64,000 nt of DNA from an uncultured Gallionella sp. (lineage in GTDB: Bacteria > Pseudomonadota > Gammaproteobacteria > Burkholderiales > Gallionellaceae): contig CAYHEM010000005.1 in NCBI GenBank assembly GCA_964355765.1, forward strand, positions 33,495 through 97,494. The letters are read 5' to 3'. The position numbers and the translations under genes are program-made. The notes below the pieces were generated by a model. That model saw nothing but the letters and a program-made list of their open reading frames with translations, searched no databases and was not told the origin of the DNA. Positions 52,028 to 61,841 of this stretch are shown in pieces. How positions within the stretch are numbered: position 1 is the first letter of the stretch; each line of letters begins with the position of its first letter.

Positions 52028-53119
52028 TCAGACGTTAAAACGGAAATGCATGACATCGCCATCCTGCACAACATACTCCTTGCCTTCCACACGCATTCTG
52101 CCCGCGTCCTTCGCACCCTGCTCGCCTTTGTATTTCACGAAGTCGTCATAAGCAATCACCTCGGCGCGGATGAAACCGCGCTCGAAGTCGTTGTGGATCA
52201 CGCCAGCGGCCTGCGGGGCAGTATCACCCTTGTGGATGGTCCAGGCGCGCACTTCCTTCACGCCGGCGGTGAAGTAGGTCTGCAGGCCGAGCAGGTTATA
52301 GCCGGTACGAATCAGGCGATTCAGGCCGGGTTCGGCCAATCCCGCATCAGCTAGAAACTCCTGCTTGTCCTCATCGGAAAGTTCGGCAATTTCCGCTTCC
52401 AGCGCGGCGCAGATGGGTACCACCGGCGCGCCCTCCCGGGCGGCAAATTCTTCAAGTCTGGCCAGCAACGGGTTATTGTTGAAGCCGCCTTCCGCGACGT
52501 TGGCGACATACATGGCAGGTTTGACGGTGAGCAGGCACAGCGGCTGAAGCAGCGCAAGCTGTTCGGCATCCAGTTTCAGCATGCGCGCCGGCTTACCCTC
52601 GTCGAGATGCGCGGAAACCGTCTCCAGCAACACCCCCAACTTGGCGGCCTCCTTGTCGCCGGAGCGTGATTGCTTACTATTGCGTTGCTGCGCTTTTTCC
52701 ACGGTGGCAAGGTCGGCCAGCGCCAGTTCGGTGATAATGGTTTCAATATCGGCAATCGGATCAATCTTGCCTGCGACGTGAATCACGTTGTCGTCCTCGA
52801 AGCAGCGCACCACATTGACAATGCCGTCGGTCTCGCGAATGTTGGCGAGAAACTGGTTGCCCAGCCCTTCTCCCTTGCTTGCTCCCGCCACCAGCCCGGC
52901 GATGTCCACAAACTCGGTGATCGCATACTGCATCCGTTGCGGTTTGACGATTTCCGCCAGCGCCGCCATGCGCGCATCCGGCACTTCGACGATGCCGACA
53001 TTCGGCTCGATCGTGCAGAACGGATAGTTTTCCGCCGCGATGCCGGCCTTGGTCAGCGCGTTAAACAGGGTGGATTTACCCACGTTGGGCAAGCCGACAA
53101 TACCGCATTTGAGACTCAT
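52028..53119 (-). CDS. ychF: Redox-regulated ATPase YchF
   Basis: The ATG at 53119 gives [23 protein letters not shown], with a C-terminal TGS-like domain. The upstream extension to 53224 is rejected. Confidence 0.95.
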   Translation of the reverse strand: MSLKCGIVGLPNVGKSTLFNALTKAGIAAENYPFCTIEPNVGIVEVPDARMAALAEIVKPQRMQYAITEFVDIAGLVAGASKGEGLGNQFLANIRETDGIVNVVRCFEDDNVIHVAGKIDPIADIETIITELALADLATVEKAQQRNSKQSRSGDKEAAKLGVLLETVSAHLDEGKPARMLKLDAEQLALLQPLCLLTVKPAMYVANVAEGGFNNNPLLARLEEFAAREGAPVVPICAALEAEIAELSDEDKQEFLADAGLAEPGLNRLIRTGYNLLGLQTYFTAGVKEVRAWTIHKGDTAPQAAGVIHNDFERGFIRAEVIAYDDFVKYKGEQGAKDAGRMRVEGKEYVVQDGDVMHFRFNV

Positions 53120-53277
53120 ACTTTGTTTCCCTTTTAATTGAATGTCATGTGTACATAACGTACAGAAATCCTGGCAAGCGTTTGGAGTGGTGAGGCCAGC
53201 GCGCAGAAACCGAAGTTTACACAAAAGTACCCGGAAATTCCGGGCACCGCACGAGCAGGCTCCGGAATCGTGCAGTC

Positions 53278-53325
53278 ACTTTATATCGCTATGTATATCA
53301 ATCGAAATACTGCTGCCAAAAATGC
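53278..53325. repeat. Solo copy of the CGCTATGTATA-type element end
   Basis: The exact blocks TCGCTATGT / CAATCGA / GCTGCCA occur in the same order as at 17683-17714. Confidence 0.35.
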
Positions 53326-53457
53326 TGCGACAATCCTTGCGTTGTATCTTCCACCATATCCAGCACATGCTCGAAGTCTTCCACTTTACACAGCAGTCAG
53401 TTATTTAGGCGATACATGTACCATTAGTCGAAATCGTTGCATAAGCCAATGCGTCGT

Positions 53458-53514
53458 TGGAGCCCGATTTATCGGGCGATAGCCAACCTTAAAATCGCCC
53501 GATAAATCGGGCTC
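53458..53514. repeat. REPIN-like doublet: perfect 22-bp inverted repeat with 13-nt loop
   Basis: GGAGCCCGATTTATCGGGCGAT (53458-53479) and ATCGCCCGATAAATCGGGCTCC (53493-53514). Each arm is itself a small palindrome (CCCGAT-TT-ATCGGG). Confidence 0.85.
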
Positions 53515-53670
53515 CTACACATGAATATCAATTTAAAGATCTTCCCATCATGGGCTTAATCCCGTATGCCGAGTCAAATAGTACGAATTGAAGGGGCAAA
53601 TTCGGATTAGCTTCCCATGGGTCATGGCTTGCGTGGCCATATTATTTATTCGGACGGTTGTGTCGCAAGC

Positions 53671-55356
53671 TTACCCTTGCGCACGGATACGGTGAATCGC
53701 CGCCGCCACCTCATGCAGCCGCGGCAGGGCAAGCTCCCCGGTTTTCCACGGCGACAATATATCGAGCCCCTTTTCTTCCACCTCTTTGAAAGCCAGCGTC
53801 AGGCCTTCACCCAGACTATTAATTTCATCCGCATAGTTGCTTGCATACCAATGCAGGATGAGACCGATTGCCCGCGTCTGACCGATATCGACCAGCTGTT
53901 CCACCTTGCTCAGATCGATCTCATGCTCGCCATAAAGCAGGGTATCAACGCCTCTGGCGGCAATGCTGACTTCTTTGTTTCCTCGCGCGGGATTCAGTAT
54001 TGCCGGATCCAGGCCCCTTTCTGCCTGCCTGACCACAGGGGGCAGGTCACACTGTTTGATCCGGGGCTGACCGGCAAGCGCATGGGCCTTGAGGGTGACA
54101 TCCCGGGGTTGATAAGCATCCATCATGATGACCGTATCGCTCACCTCTAAGTAATCCCCGGAGCCGCCCATGACGATCACCGTGGATACGCCAAGATCCT
54201 GGTACATCCCGCGCACATGATGCAGAAAAGGCGTGATCGGTTCCTTGTCCTTGGCAACCAACTGTTGCATGCGCTCATCACGAATCATGAAATTCGTTGC
54301 CGAGGTATCTTCATCGATCAACAGCAGCGAGGCGTCATCTCCCAACGCCTCGATGATATTCGCTGCCTGTGACGTGCTGCCGCTGGCATTCTCCGTGGAA
54401 AAACGGCGCGTATCTCGCGCAAAGGGCAGCCGGTCGATAAACGGGCTGATGTCGATATTTGAGACGACCCGATTGTCTTCCGCACGCACCTTCACAGCGC
54501 TGGCATCAGTTACCACCAGCTCTCGGCCATCGCCGGGAATATGATTGTAGACACCTCGTTCCAGCGCGTGCAGCAGGGTAGATTTGCCGTGAAAACCGCC
54601 GCCGACAATCAAGGTGACTCCCCGGGGAATACCCATTCCCCTGACCCTGCCCCGGTTCGGTAAAACAAATGTACATGCCAGAGATTCCGGTGAGACGAAG
54701 GGAACTACATTTTCTTCAAGAGGGCTGTCATCGATACCGCTGCGTCTAGGCAGAATGGAATGGTCAGCCACAAAAGCGACCAGGTTGTTTTGTGGCAACA
54801 GGCTGCGCAAAAACTCCTGGTCCTCGGCCGACTCGACATAACGTTGAAATTTACTTTGATCAAGATTTTTAAAATAGAGGCTCTGAGCCACAACCTCAGG
54901 CAGCTCGCGGAAAAAAATCTCCTGCGCATCCCGCGCCAGAATCCTTCGCCCCGCCGCAGGCAGGCCCACCGTCAACCTTGCCTCTACTCCTGCCCCATCA
55001 ATCAGCACCGAGTTTCTCACCAGAATCTGCTGGCCACTCGTCTCGATGCGTACCTCTCCACTCTTCCCGATTCCCCGCTGCCCCTTAACGTTTACCTGAA
55101 TCGCCCGCGCCACCGCTCTCGCCAAAAATTCTTCCGCGGCAATCTTTCTGATTCTGCCTGACCACAATTCTGCAGGGAGAGAGAATTCCGCCGGTGAGAC
55201 ATGGATGCTGATCCGCGAAGGCTGGGCAAAAGGATCTCCCTGAACATGATCGATCGTAAGACGGTAGCCCTCAAACTGATAGCTCCCCGCAAGGGGCTTG
55301 TAGGCCTTGTAGCCCATCCCGTCTGTTTCCTTTAGCAGCGTTCTTAGACGTTCCAT
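53671..55356 (-). CDS. ABC-class ATPase domain protein of unknown function (stand-alone, no permease)
   Basis: 561 aa with Walker A-like GGGFHGKSTLLHAL and Walker B-like LLLIDEDTSATNF. The overall layout resembles the 'predicted ATPase of the ABC class' family. Confidence 0.75.
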   Translation of the reverse strand: MERLRTLLKETDGMGYKAYKPLAGSYQFEGYRLTIDHVQGDPFAQPSRISIHVSPAEFSLPAELWSGRIRKIAAEEFLARAVARAIQVNVKGQRGIGKSGEVRIETSGQQILVRNSVLIDGAGVEARLTVGLPAAGRRILARDAQEIFFRELPEVVAQSLYFKNLDQSKFQRYVESAEDQEFLRSLLPQNNLVAFVADHSILPRRSGIDDSPLEENVVPFVSPESLACTFVLPNRGRVRGMGIPRGVTLIVGGGFHGKSTLLHALERGVYNHIPGDGRELVVTDASAVKVRAEDNRVVSNIDISPFIDRLPFARDTRRFSTENASGSTSQAANIIEALGDDASLLLIDEDTSATNFMIRDERMQQLVAKDKEPITPFLHHVRGMYQDLGVSTVIVMGGSGDYLEVSDTVIMMDAYQPRDVTLKAHALAGQPRIKQCDLPPVVRQAERGLDPAILNPARGNKEVSIAARGVDTLLYGEHEIDLSKVEQLVDIGQTRAIGLILHWYASNYADEINSLGEGLTLAFKEVEEKGLDILSPWKTGELALPRLHEVAAAIHRIRAQG

Positions 55357-55507
55357 CCTGGCCTCACCACTTGAAAGGGCACGGAGTGCATTTTATTCTG
55401 CCAGCACCCGGTTGAGGAAATTGAATATTTCTGTACCATCATGCGTATGCCGCTGTTTCCAACCATGCTGACCAACAGGTCCGCCTCATAACCATCAGGA
55501 GTCAACC

Positions 55508-55846
55508 ATGCCTGCCTGGCTCATTCCCGCACTCAAGTCCGTTCTGCCCTATGTCGGCACGATCGTGTCAGCGGCGGCGCCCGTATTCACCAAGAAGAGT
55601 GCTGACGCTGCCGCCAATCAGACGATATTACAGCAGCAGATAAGCGAACTGCAGACGGCGGCATCCGGGAACGATGCGCATATCAAAGCGCTGGCTATAC
55701 AAATGCAAAATACGGTGGAAGCTCTGGAGAAGGGAGCGTCGCTTGCAGAAATCAGACATCAGCGGATGATGCTTCTCGGTATCGCGGCGAACGTCATTTC
55801 CGTAACTTCTCTGGGTACTGTCTTATACATTTTTCTTGCGCGATGA
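55508..55846 (+). CDS. Hypothetical small membrane protein
   Basis: 112 aa with hydrophobic N- and C-terminal segments flanking a coiled-coil-like middle (QQQISELQTAASGNDAHIKALAIQMQNTVEALEK). Confidence 0.45.
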   Translation: MPAWLIPALKSVLPYVGTIVSAAAPVFTKKSADAAANQTILQQQISELQTAASGNDAHIKALAIQMQNTVEALEKGASLAEIRHQRMMLLGIAANVISVTSLGTVLYIFLAR

Positions 55847-55898
55847 TTCCCTGTTCAGCTATTGCAAACAAATTTATCCAACACTTCCCGGGTTATTC

Positions 55899-56228
55899 AT
55901 GAGAAGCGTATTTGAGGCCTCCACCGGTCTGGATGCGCACATGGTGCTAAACCTCCTCGAACAGCAAGGCATTTCAGGGCGTATCGAAGGGGAGTATTTG
56001 CAGGGAGGGGTCGGCGAACTTCAGGCGCTGGGCTTTGTGCGTGTACTCGTTACTGAAGAAGACTACGTTAGGGCCAGGGAGATCATTGACACATGGGAAT
56101 CGATCCAACCGGCTTCGCAAAATTCCAGGCCGGAAGCACGGTCATCGGGAAGAATCTGGATTTTCGTTAACGGGGTCATCGTCGGTGCGGGAATAATGTA
56201 CTGGGTACTCAAGGTACTCGCCGCCTAA
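55899..56228 (+). CDS. DUF2007-like small protein with C-terminal TM segment
   Basis: The ATG at 55899 gives MRSVFEASTGLDAHMVLNLLEQQGISGRIEGEYL, resembling the DUF2007 'putative signal transducing' fold. Hydrophobic tail. Confidence 0.45.
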   Translation: MRSVFEASTGLDAHMVLNLLEQQGISGRIEGEYLQGGVGELQALGFVRVLVTEEDYVRAREIIDTWESIQPASQNSRPEARSSGRIWIFVNGVIVGAGIMYWVLKVLAA

Positions 56229-56288
56229 TTCAAATGATGCGCTCGCAACAAATCCTGTCAAACAAATAAGCAGGAGCGGTAGCCACGC

Positions 56289-57161
56289 TCAGTTATAGTC
56301 GACTTCCATCTCGCTGCCGGCATACAGATTCTGCAACTCGGTGATGACGGACTTGATGCTGGCTTTCGACAGTATCTTCTTGATGATCGTATTTCTGAAT
56401 TCGTCCATGCATTCACGCAGGATGGGGTGATAGAGCGACGGGACTTTTTTCAGAAATACTTTCCAGCCCGCCTCGACATCCGGCGAAGAATTTCGAACAC
56501 CCTGGATCAGGGTTTCGATATCTTTTTGCCTGAGTCGCGCAACGATAGGCGCATCACCGGCCATTGCAAAAATCACCGCGATCGAGATCACCGCATGAGC
56601 GTCGAGATCGGGATCCTTGATCGGCCCCGCGTAATGTCTTTGGCGCAGCCATTTCGCGCAGGCCACGATACGCTGGTTGTCCTGTCGATCCTTTAATTCG
56701 CGCTGGTAGATGTCATCGCCTTTCCATGCTGCGAACGGATCGGCGCGACATATTTCGGTGAACAGCATCTTGAGATCGAGCTGCTTTATGTACGGGTCGT
56801 TATCGAAATCCGAAACGAACGCCGTGTAGGGCATGCCAGACAATTCCTTGATATGCCGGAATCCCATCTGAAAAACATATTCCGCACCATGGTGCAGCAG
56901 AAAGGACAGCTGCGCATCGCCTTCCTGCGGAATACTCGCCCGGCTCATCGCCAGCGAGATACATCCCACCGTCAGGTGAAATGCGTCGAGCAACCCATCC
57001 GCAGTCATTTCATTGGTAAATTTTTTGGCGACGAGCACGGTGATGCCGCTCAGTTCGTCGATCAGCGTTTGCGCCACCTCCTGGTGACCCGCACGCTTGG
57101 CCAGTGCTTCGAGCGTTTGCACCAGATGGGGAGGATGCGTGGAGAGGTGGGCGAGCTGCAT
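56289..57161 (-). CDS. Hypothetical protein (4th gene of J-domain operon)
   Basis: 290-aa ORF, same strand and 40 nt downstream of the preceding ORF. No motif recognised. Confidence 0.6.
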   Translation of the reverse strand: MQLAHLSTHPPHLVQTLEALAKRAGHQEVAQTLIDELSGITVLVAKKFTNEMTADGLLDAFHLTVGCISLAMSRASIPQEGDAQLSFLLHHGAEYVFQMGFRHIKELSGMPYTAFVSDFDNDPYIKQLDLKMLFTEICRADPFAAWKGDDIYQRELKDRQDNQRIVACAKWLRQRHYAGPIKDPDLDAHAVISIAVIFAMAGDAPIVARLRQKDIETLIQGVRNSSPDVEAGWKVFLKKVPSLYHPILRECMDEFRNTIIKKILSKASIKSVITELQNLYAGSEMEVDYN

Positions 57162-57201
57162 AAATGACTTTTCGGTAACGGGTTATTTCAGCGATTGACC
57201 A

Positions 57202-57990
57202 TCAGGCAAAAATATCCTCACCCAGACTCGGGCGAGCACCTTTTTTCGGCGCACGCGCCGCTTTGCTCGGCACTTGATTGCGCAGGCGCACCAGCAATTC
57301 ATGGGTGGTTCGGGCTAAAGCGTATTCATGATGATGCTCGTCATCATCGCCTTCTTCGGAGCGTGCCCGTAATTGGTTTTCGCCGGGCACCCAGTCGGGG
57401 AACAACTCGAACAGCACCCGATCCCAGGCATCCGCATCGCTACGGGCAATTTCCAGCGCGAGCGGAATCACATCGTGATCGGAAGTCGTCTGACCGCTGC
57501 TGTGCGCGCCGCGCGAGTGAATGTCATTGGCGAGTTCGACGATCTCCTGGGTAGTGGTCGAAAACAACACGGCAAAAGCCGTTGTCCCCCAGTCAGTCGA
57601 TAGTGCCTCATGAATGAGACCGGTGCGCCGCGCCGCATCATCGGTGGAGAAAATGACCCCATGGATATGCGTGAACAGGGATTCGGTCAACACCTCCGGC
57701 TCATCCTCAATCATATCCTCGCCCCAGGCAGCGGCGAAAAAGGCCAGACTCTCGGCCCATGCCTTGGGCGAGATCAGCAGCGTCGCCAGCGACAATTTGC
57801 CGCCATCAAAAGCGGACAAATGCATCGCTGCCACCTGCGGCTCCAAGGTTTCCAGTACCGCCACCACGGCCAGATCACCGAATTGTTCCGCGGTGTCATT
57901 GATCGCCTCCTCCGCATGAGCGGAAGAGCCAGCCAATACCAGCTCGGTCACCTGCCGGCTGATCGCGGGAAAATTTGCGTTATCAGCCAT
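57202..57990 (-). CDS. Hypothetical acidic protein (3rd gene of J-domain operon)
   Basis: The ATG at 57990 (MADNANFPAISRQ...) overlaps the upstream stop as ATGGCTGA. The 5' extension of the ORF to 58251 is Arg-rich out-of-frame read-through of the upstream gene and is rejected. Confidence 0.6.
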   Translation of the reverse strand: MADNANFPAISRQVTELVLAGSSAHAEEAINDTAEQFGDLAVVAVLETLEPQVAAMHLSAFDGGKLSLATLLISPKAWAESLAFFAAAWGEDMIEDEPEVLTESLFTHIHGVIFSTDDAARRTGLIHEALSTDWGTTAFAVLFSTTTQEIVELANDIHSRGAHSSGQTTSDHDVIPLALEIARSDADAWDRVLFELFPDWVPGENQLRARSEEGDDDEHHHEYALARTTHELLVRLRNQVPSKAARAPKKGARPSLGEDIFA

Positions 57991-58513
57991 TCCCGTCCTC
58001 GCGTATGTCGAACAGATCGATAACGTCCTGCCCCGGCACGCCCCGTTCCGCTTCCTCGTCATCATCCATATTCTTGTAATCGTCCTCTTCTTCCTGCAGC
58101 GCTTCGAGTGAATTGTCTTCCTCCGCCCAGCGCTTGGTGTTCTTGAACAGGAATGCCGTGATGATCGCCTTGCGCGCCAATTCAGGATTGCTGCCGGAAA
58201 CGGCAGCCAACGCCTTGCCCGCCTCGGCATCCGCACAGGACACCATCGCAATCACCTTCGCGGCATCGCCCGTATCATATTGCCTGCATTGCGCCAGCAG
58301 TCCGGCCGGGTCATCAAAGCGCAGATGATCAAAGAGCGCAAAGCTCAACAGATTCACGTCGTCGATCTCCGTGCCCTTCGCATACTCATCGATCAACGAT
58401 GCGATGACTCTTGCATAGTGCTTCCGGTCGGGCGGTTCGCCCAGGGTGTCCGCGATCTGTTCGCCAAGTTCGCGCGACTGGTAAGCAAATTCGTGATGTA
58501 TATTTTTATTCAT
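57983..58513 (-). CDS. Hypothetical protein with acidic C-terminal tail (2nd gene of J-domain operon)
   Basis: 176 aa, 12 nt downstream of the J-domain gene. Tail EEDNSLEALQEEEDDYKNMDDDEEAERG. Confidence 0.6.
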   Translation of the reverse strand: MNKNIHHEFAYQSRELGEQIADTLGEPPDRKHYARVIASLIDEYAKGTEIDDVNLLSFALFDHLRFDDPAGLLAQCRQYDTGDAAKVIAMVSCADAEAGKALAAVSGSNPELARKAIITAFLFKNTKRWAEEDNSLEALQEEEDDYKNMDDDEEAERGVPGQDVIDLFDIREDGNG

Positions 58514-58525
58514 GGGGTTTCGTAT

Positions 58526-58834
58526 TTAAAGTGAAGAAGGGTTCTCGTGCGGAACGGTAACGCCGCAACGATCAAACAGCGAATGCCACAAAGCGCGCGC
58601 CTCATTATCCGGATCGATGATGATGCGATTGTTCAGGCTCTGATCATATGCAGCCCTTTTCTTGGGGTCGGAAAGCAACTCATACGCAGTCTTGATCGCA
58701 TTGAAGCGTATCTCGGAGCCGGAATGGGTACTCCGATCCGGGTGATGGCGCATCGCAAGCGAGCGATACGCCTTCTTAATCTCCTCGGCGGTCGCGGTTG
58801 GCGAAACGCCAAGGATGTTGTATAGATTTTCCAA
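58526..58834 (-). CDS. Stand-alone J-domain protein
   Basis: 102 aa. [30 protein letters not shown] (HPD motif) ... [15 protein letters not shown]. No G/F region, zinc finger or C-terminal client-binding domains. Confidence 0.9.
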   Translation of the reverse strand: MENLYNILGVSPTATAEEIKKAYRSLAMRHHPDRSTHSGSEIRFNAIKTAYELLSDPKKRAAYDQSLNNRIIIDPDNEARALWHSLFDRCGVTVPHENPSSL

Positions 58835-58954
58835 CTCATATCTCCTGTGGGGCGAGGATTTTACACATTAACCGGTGAGGAACAGTGGAAATTGCCGCAA
58901 CACCCTGCTTTACATGGATCTCACACAGCGACCGCCTGCCCCTTCAATGGCCTG

Positions 58955-59426
<472 letters not shown>

Positions 59427-59625
59427 CTATCTATGCGACCACTTCTGGCGCCCCAACCGAACTTCAAGTACCGAATTGCTTACCGGTAAGCGGGCGTTCA
59501 CGATCAAACTTAACCGAAATTAAAGTGAATTCAGGCGCTGCCTGTGAGATCAAGTTACGACGGCCACAGCTGAAAAAATCACGCCATTTCCATCGGCACT
59601 GAACTGCCTGCGCGCCTCTGCCGCC

Positions 59626-61041
59626 CTAAAGCGCGCGCACCTTCACCGTCTTACCCTTGACCTTACCTGCCGACAATTTGCGCACAGCCTCCTGCGCGAT
59701 GTTGCGCGCGACGGCGACATAGGTGGACTGATCGGTCACGGTGATCTTGCCGACCTGTTCGCGCGTGTATCCCGCTTCGCCGGTGAGCGCGCCCAGCACG
59801 TCGCCGGGGCGAATTTTCTCCTTGCGTCCGCCGAGTATCTGCAACGTCACCATCGGCGGCACCAGCTTGGCTTCTGCTTCGCTGTGCAACTCGGCCAGGT
59901 CATGCCACTCCGGTTTAATGCGCATCATCTGCGCGATGGTGATGACGCGCCGCTGATCGGAAGGGCTGCACAGGCTGAGCGCCCAGCCGTTTTCATCGGC
60001 GCGGCCGGTGCGACCGATGCGGTGGATGTGTACCTCGGGATCGGGTGTGATGTCGACATTGATCACCGCCTCGAGCTGCACGATGTCCAGGCCGCGCGCC
60101 GCGACATCGGTGGCCACCAGCACCGAGATGCTGCGATTGGCGAACTGGATCAGCACCTGATCGCGCTCGCGTTGTTCCAGATCGCCATTCAGCGTCAGCG
60201 CCCTGATGCCCTGTGCATGCAGTGCTTCCAGCAACGAGCGGCATTGCTGCTTGGTGTTGCAAAAGGCCAGCGTGCTCACCGGGCGATAATGTTTGAGCAG
60301 GATGCCCACGGCCTGCAAACGATCCTCATCGGCCACTTCATAGAAACGCTGGCGTATCTTGCTTTCTTCATGCTGCTCGGTCAGCTTCACCTCCTGCGGA
60401 TCGCGCATGAACTGGCGTGCCAGTCGCACGATGCCGTCGGGATAGGTCGCCGAGAACAGCAGCGTCTGGCGCTGCGCCGGACAACGCTTCGCGATATAGG
60501 CGATATCGTCGTAGAAACCCATGTCCAGCATGCGATCCGCCTCGTCGAGCACCAGCGTGTTGAGCGCCTCGAGGTTCAGCGTGCCGCGCTCCATGTGATC
60601 CATGATGCGCCCCGGCGTGCCGACTACGATATGCGCGCCATGCTCCAGGCTGGCAATCTGCGGACGCATGGTGCTGCCGCCGCACAGCGTCAGTATCTTG
60701 ATGTTGTCTGCGGAACGTGCCAGTCGGCGGATCTCCTGAGTTACCTGATCAGCCAGCTCGCGCGTCGGACACAGCACCATCGCCTGCACCGCAAAGCGGC
60801 GCGGATTGAGATTGGTGAGCAGCGGCAACCCGAACGCCGCCGTCTTGCCGCTGCCGGTCTTCGCCTGCGCGATCAGATCGCGACCCGTCAGAGCAATCGG
60901 CAGGCTGGCCGCCTGTATCGGTGTCATCGTCAGATAACCAAGCTGCTGCAAGGTCGCCTGCATGCCGGGCGACAGCGGCAGTTCGTTGAAGGAGCGCCCG
61001 GTAGGGTTAGCGGCAAGGGAGGAGGAATTTGTATTGGTCAT
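59626..61041 (-). CDS. dbpA: ATP-dependent RNA helicase DbpA (DEAD box)
   Basis: AQAKTGSGKT, VLDEAD and SAT motifs, plus a C-terminal DbpA-type RNA-binding domain, 471 aa. Confidence 0.9.
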   Translation of the reverse strand: MTNTNSSSLAANPTGRSFNELPLSPGMQATLQQLGYLTMTPIQAASLPIALTGRDLIAQAKTGSGKTAAFGLPLLTNLNPRRFAVQAMVLCPTRELADQVTQEIRRLARSADNIKILTLCGGSTMRPQIASLEHGAHIVVGTPGRIMDHMERGTLNLEALNTLVLDEADRMLDMGFYDDIAYIAKRCPAQRQTLLFSATYPDGIVRLARQFMRDPQEVKLTEQHEESKIRQRFYEVADEDRLQAVGILLKHYRPVSTLAFCNTKQQCRSLLEALHAQGIRALTLNGDLEQRERDQVLIQFANRSISVLVATDVAARGLDIVQLEAVINVDITPDPEVHIHRIGRTGRADENGWALSLCSPSDQRRVITIAQMMRIKPEWHDLAELHSEAEAKLVPPMVTLQILGGRKEKIRPGDVLGALTGEAGYTREQVGKITVTDQSTYVAVARNIAQEAVRKLSAGKVKGKTVKVRAL

Positions 61042-61112
61042 AGTGATTGTTTGATCAACGACTTCTTGTCCACGAGTGGCCAGTTGGTTTATCAGGACAA
61101 GGCGTTTTGAAG

Positions 61113-61610
61113 TTATCCTTCCTTGCGCCGACGCGTTGCAAACGACTTGAAAGGTTTGCGCTGTCCCGGATGTCTATAGGGCTCCTCCACCGGTTTGGGC
61201 TTGGGTATCAGCAGGTTTTTGCCGGAGCTTGTTTGGGCGGCCTGATGCGCTAAAACGGCGGTGGCAATTTCTTCCACCGTTAACAGAATGATCGTGTGTT
61301 CGCCGTTAAGGTGGTAATCGGCGAGATTCTCCTTGATGTCGAAGATGCGCTCCTGACTCTTGGCCTTCCTGGCATGGCCGGACAATATCTGCTGCGCATC
61401 CGGCGTCAGCGCGTAGCCGCCATCCTGCTCGCAGATCAAACCGTATTCGGAAAGCCGGTAAAACGAATCGGATAATTTAGTTTCAGGAGGAATCGCGCCA
61501 TGCGTCAGATCGGCCGCAGCGATGATCTCGACAAGCTCTGCTGGACGCCGTTTGGCCGCAAGCGCCATCGCCAGCAAGAGGATTGCATCAACATCGTGGA
61601 CTGGGTACAT
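61113..61610 (-). CDS. Hypothetical protein with basic C-terminal tail
   Basis: The ATG at 61610 gives MYPVHDVDAILLLAMALAAKRRPAELVEI.... No motif recognised. Confidence 0.5.
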   Translation of the reverse strand: MYPVHDVDAILLLAMALAAKRRPAELVEIIAAADLTHGAIPPETKLSDSFYRLSEYGLICEQDGGYALTPDAQQILSGHARKAKSQERIFDIKENLADYHLNGEHTIILLTVEEIATAVLAHQAAQTSSGKNLLIPKPKPVEEPYRHPGQRKPFKSFATRRRKEG

Positions 61611-61802
61611 CGTGTAACCTTTAAATGAGAGGGGAAAAAGCCAACTTGCCGGGGACAAACGCGCACGGGTTCGGGTGAGATGCGCTATTTTCGCATTTTA
61701 TGCGTAGCAGCGTCGCTCATAACTGACGGCGCCAGCTTCGGGTAACTTTCAAGCGGGGGCAGATCGGAACGTTTTAGCGGAATTTGTTGGCATTGTTCCA
61801 TG

Positions 61803-61832
61803 CGAAGAAAAGCCCAGCAAGCCGGGCTTTTC
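61803..61832 (-). terminator. Probable rho-independent terminator downstream of clpB
   Basis: On the minus strand: AGCCCGGC-tt-GCTGGGCT (one mismatch) followed by TTTCTTCG. Confidence 0.5.
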
Positions 61833-61841
61833 CGTAAGTGC

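Noticed and set aside
53297-53395. 32-codon open segment on the minus strand (LLCKVEDFEHVLDMVEDTTQGLSQHFWQQYFD-stop), possibly the C-terminal remnant of a transposase or other lost gene next to the solo repeat end
   Set aside because: It is too short, has an upstream in-frame stop, and I cannot match it to a family from memory. It would need BLASTX/TBLASTN.
57990-58251. 5' extension of the 349-aa ORF 57202..58251 (MRWCPVRMPRRARRW...)
   Set aside because: The extension is an Arg-rich out-of-frame read of the upstream 176-aa gene. The ATG at 57990 overlaps that gene's stop (ATGGCTGA) and gives a compositionally consistent acidic protein.
59884-61110. 408-aa plus-strand ORF opposite dbpA. Similar long antisense ORFs occur opposite clpB (61947..63299), secA (30933..31796, 29490..30467), ilvD (18566..19483), argJ (27776..28735), recG (35115..35918) and acs (11983..12732)
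   Set aside because: These are typical shadow ORFs on the antisense of GC-rich genes. They are Arg/His/Gln-rich, carry no motifs, and each fully overlaps a gene with strong family signatures.
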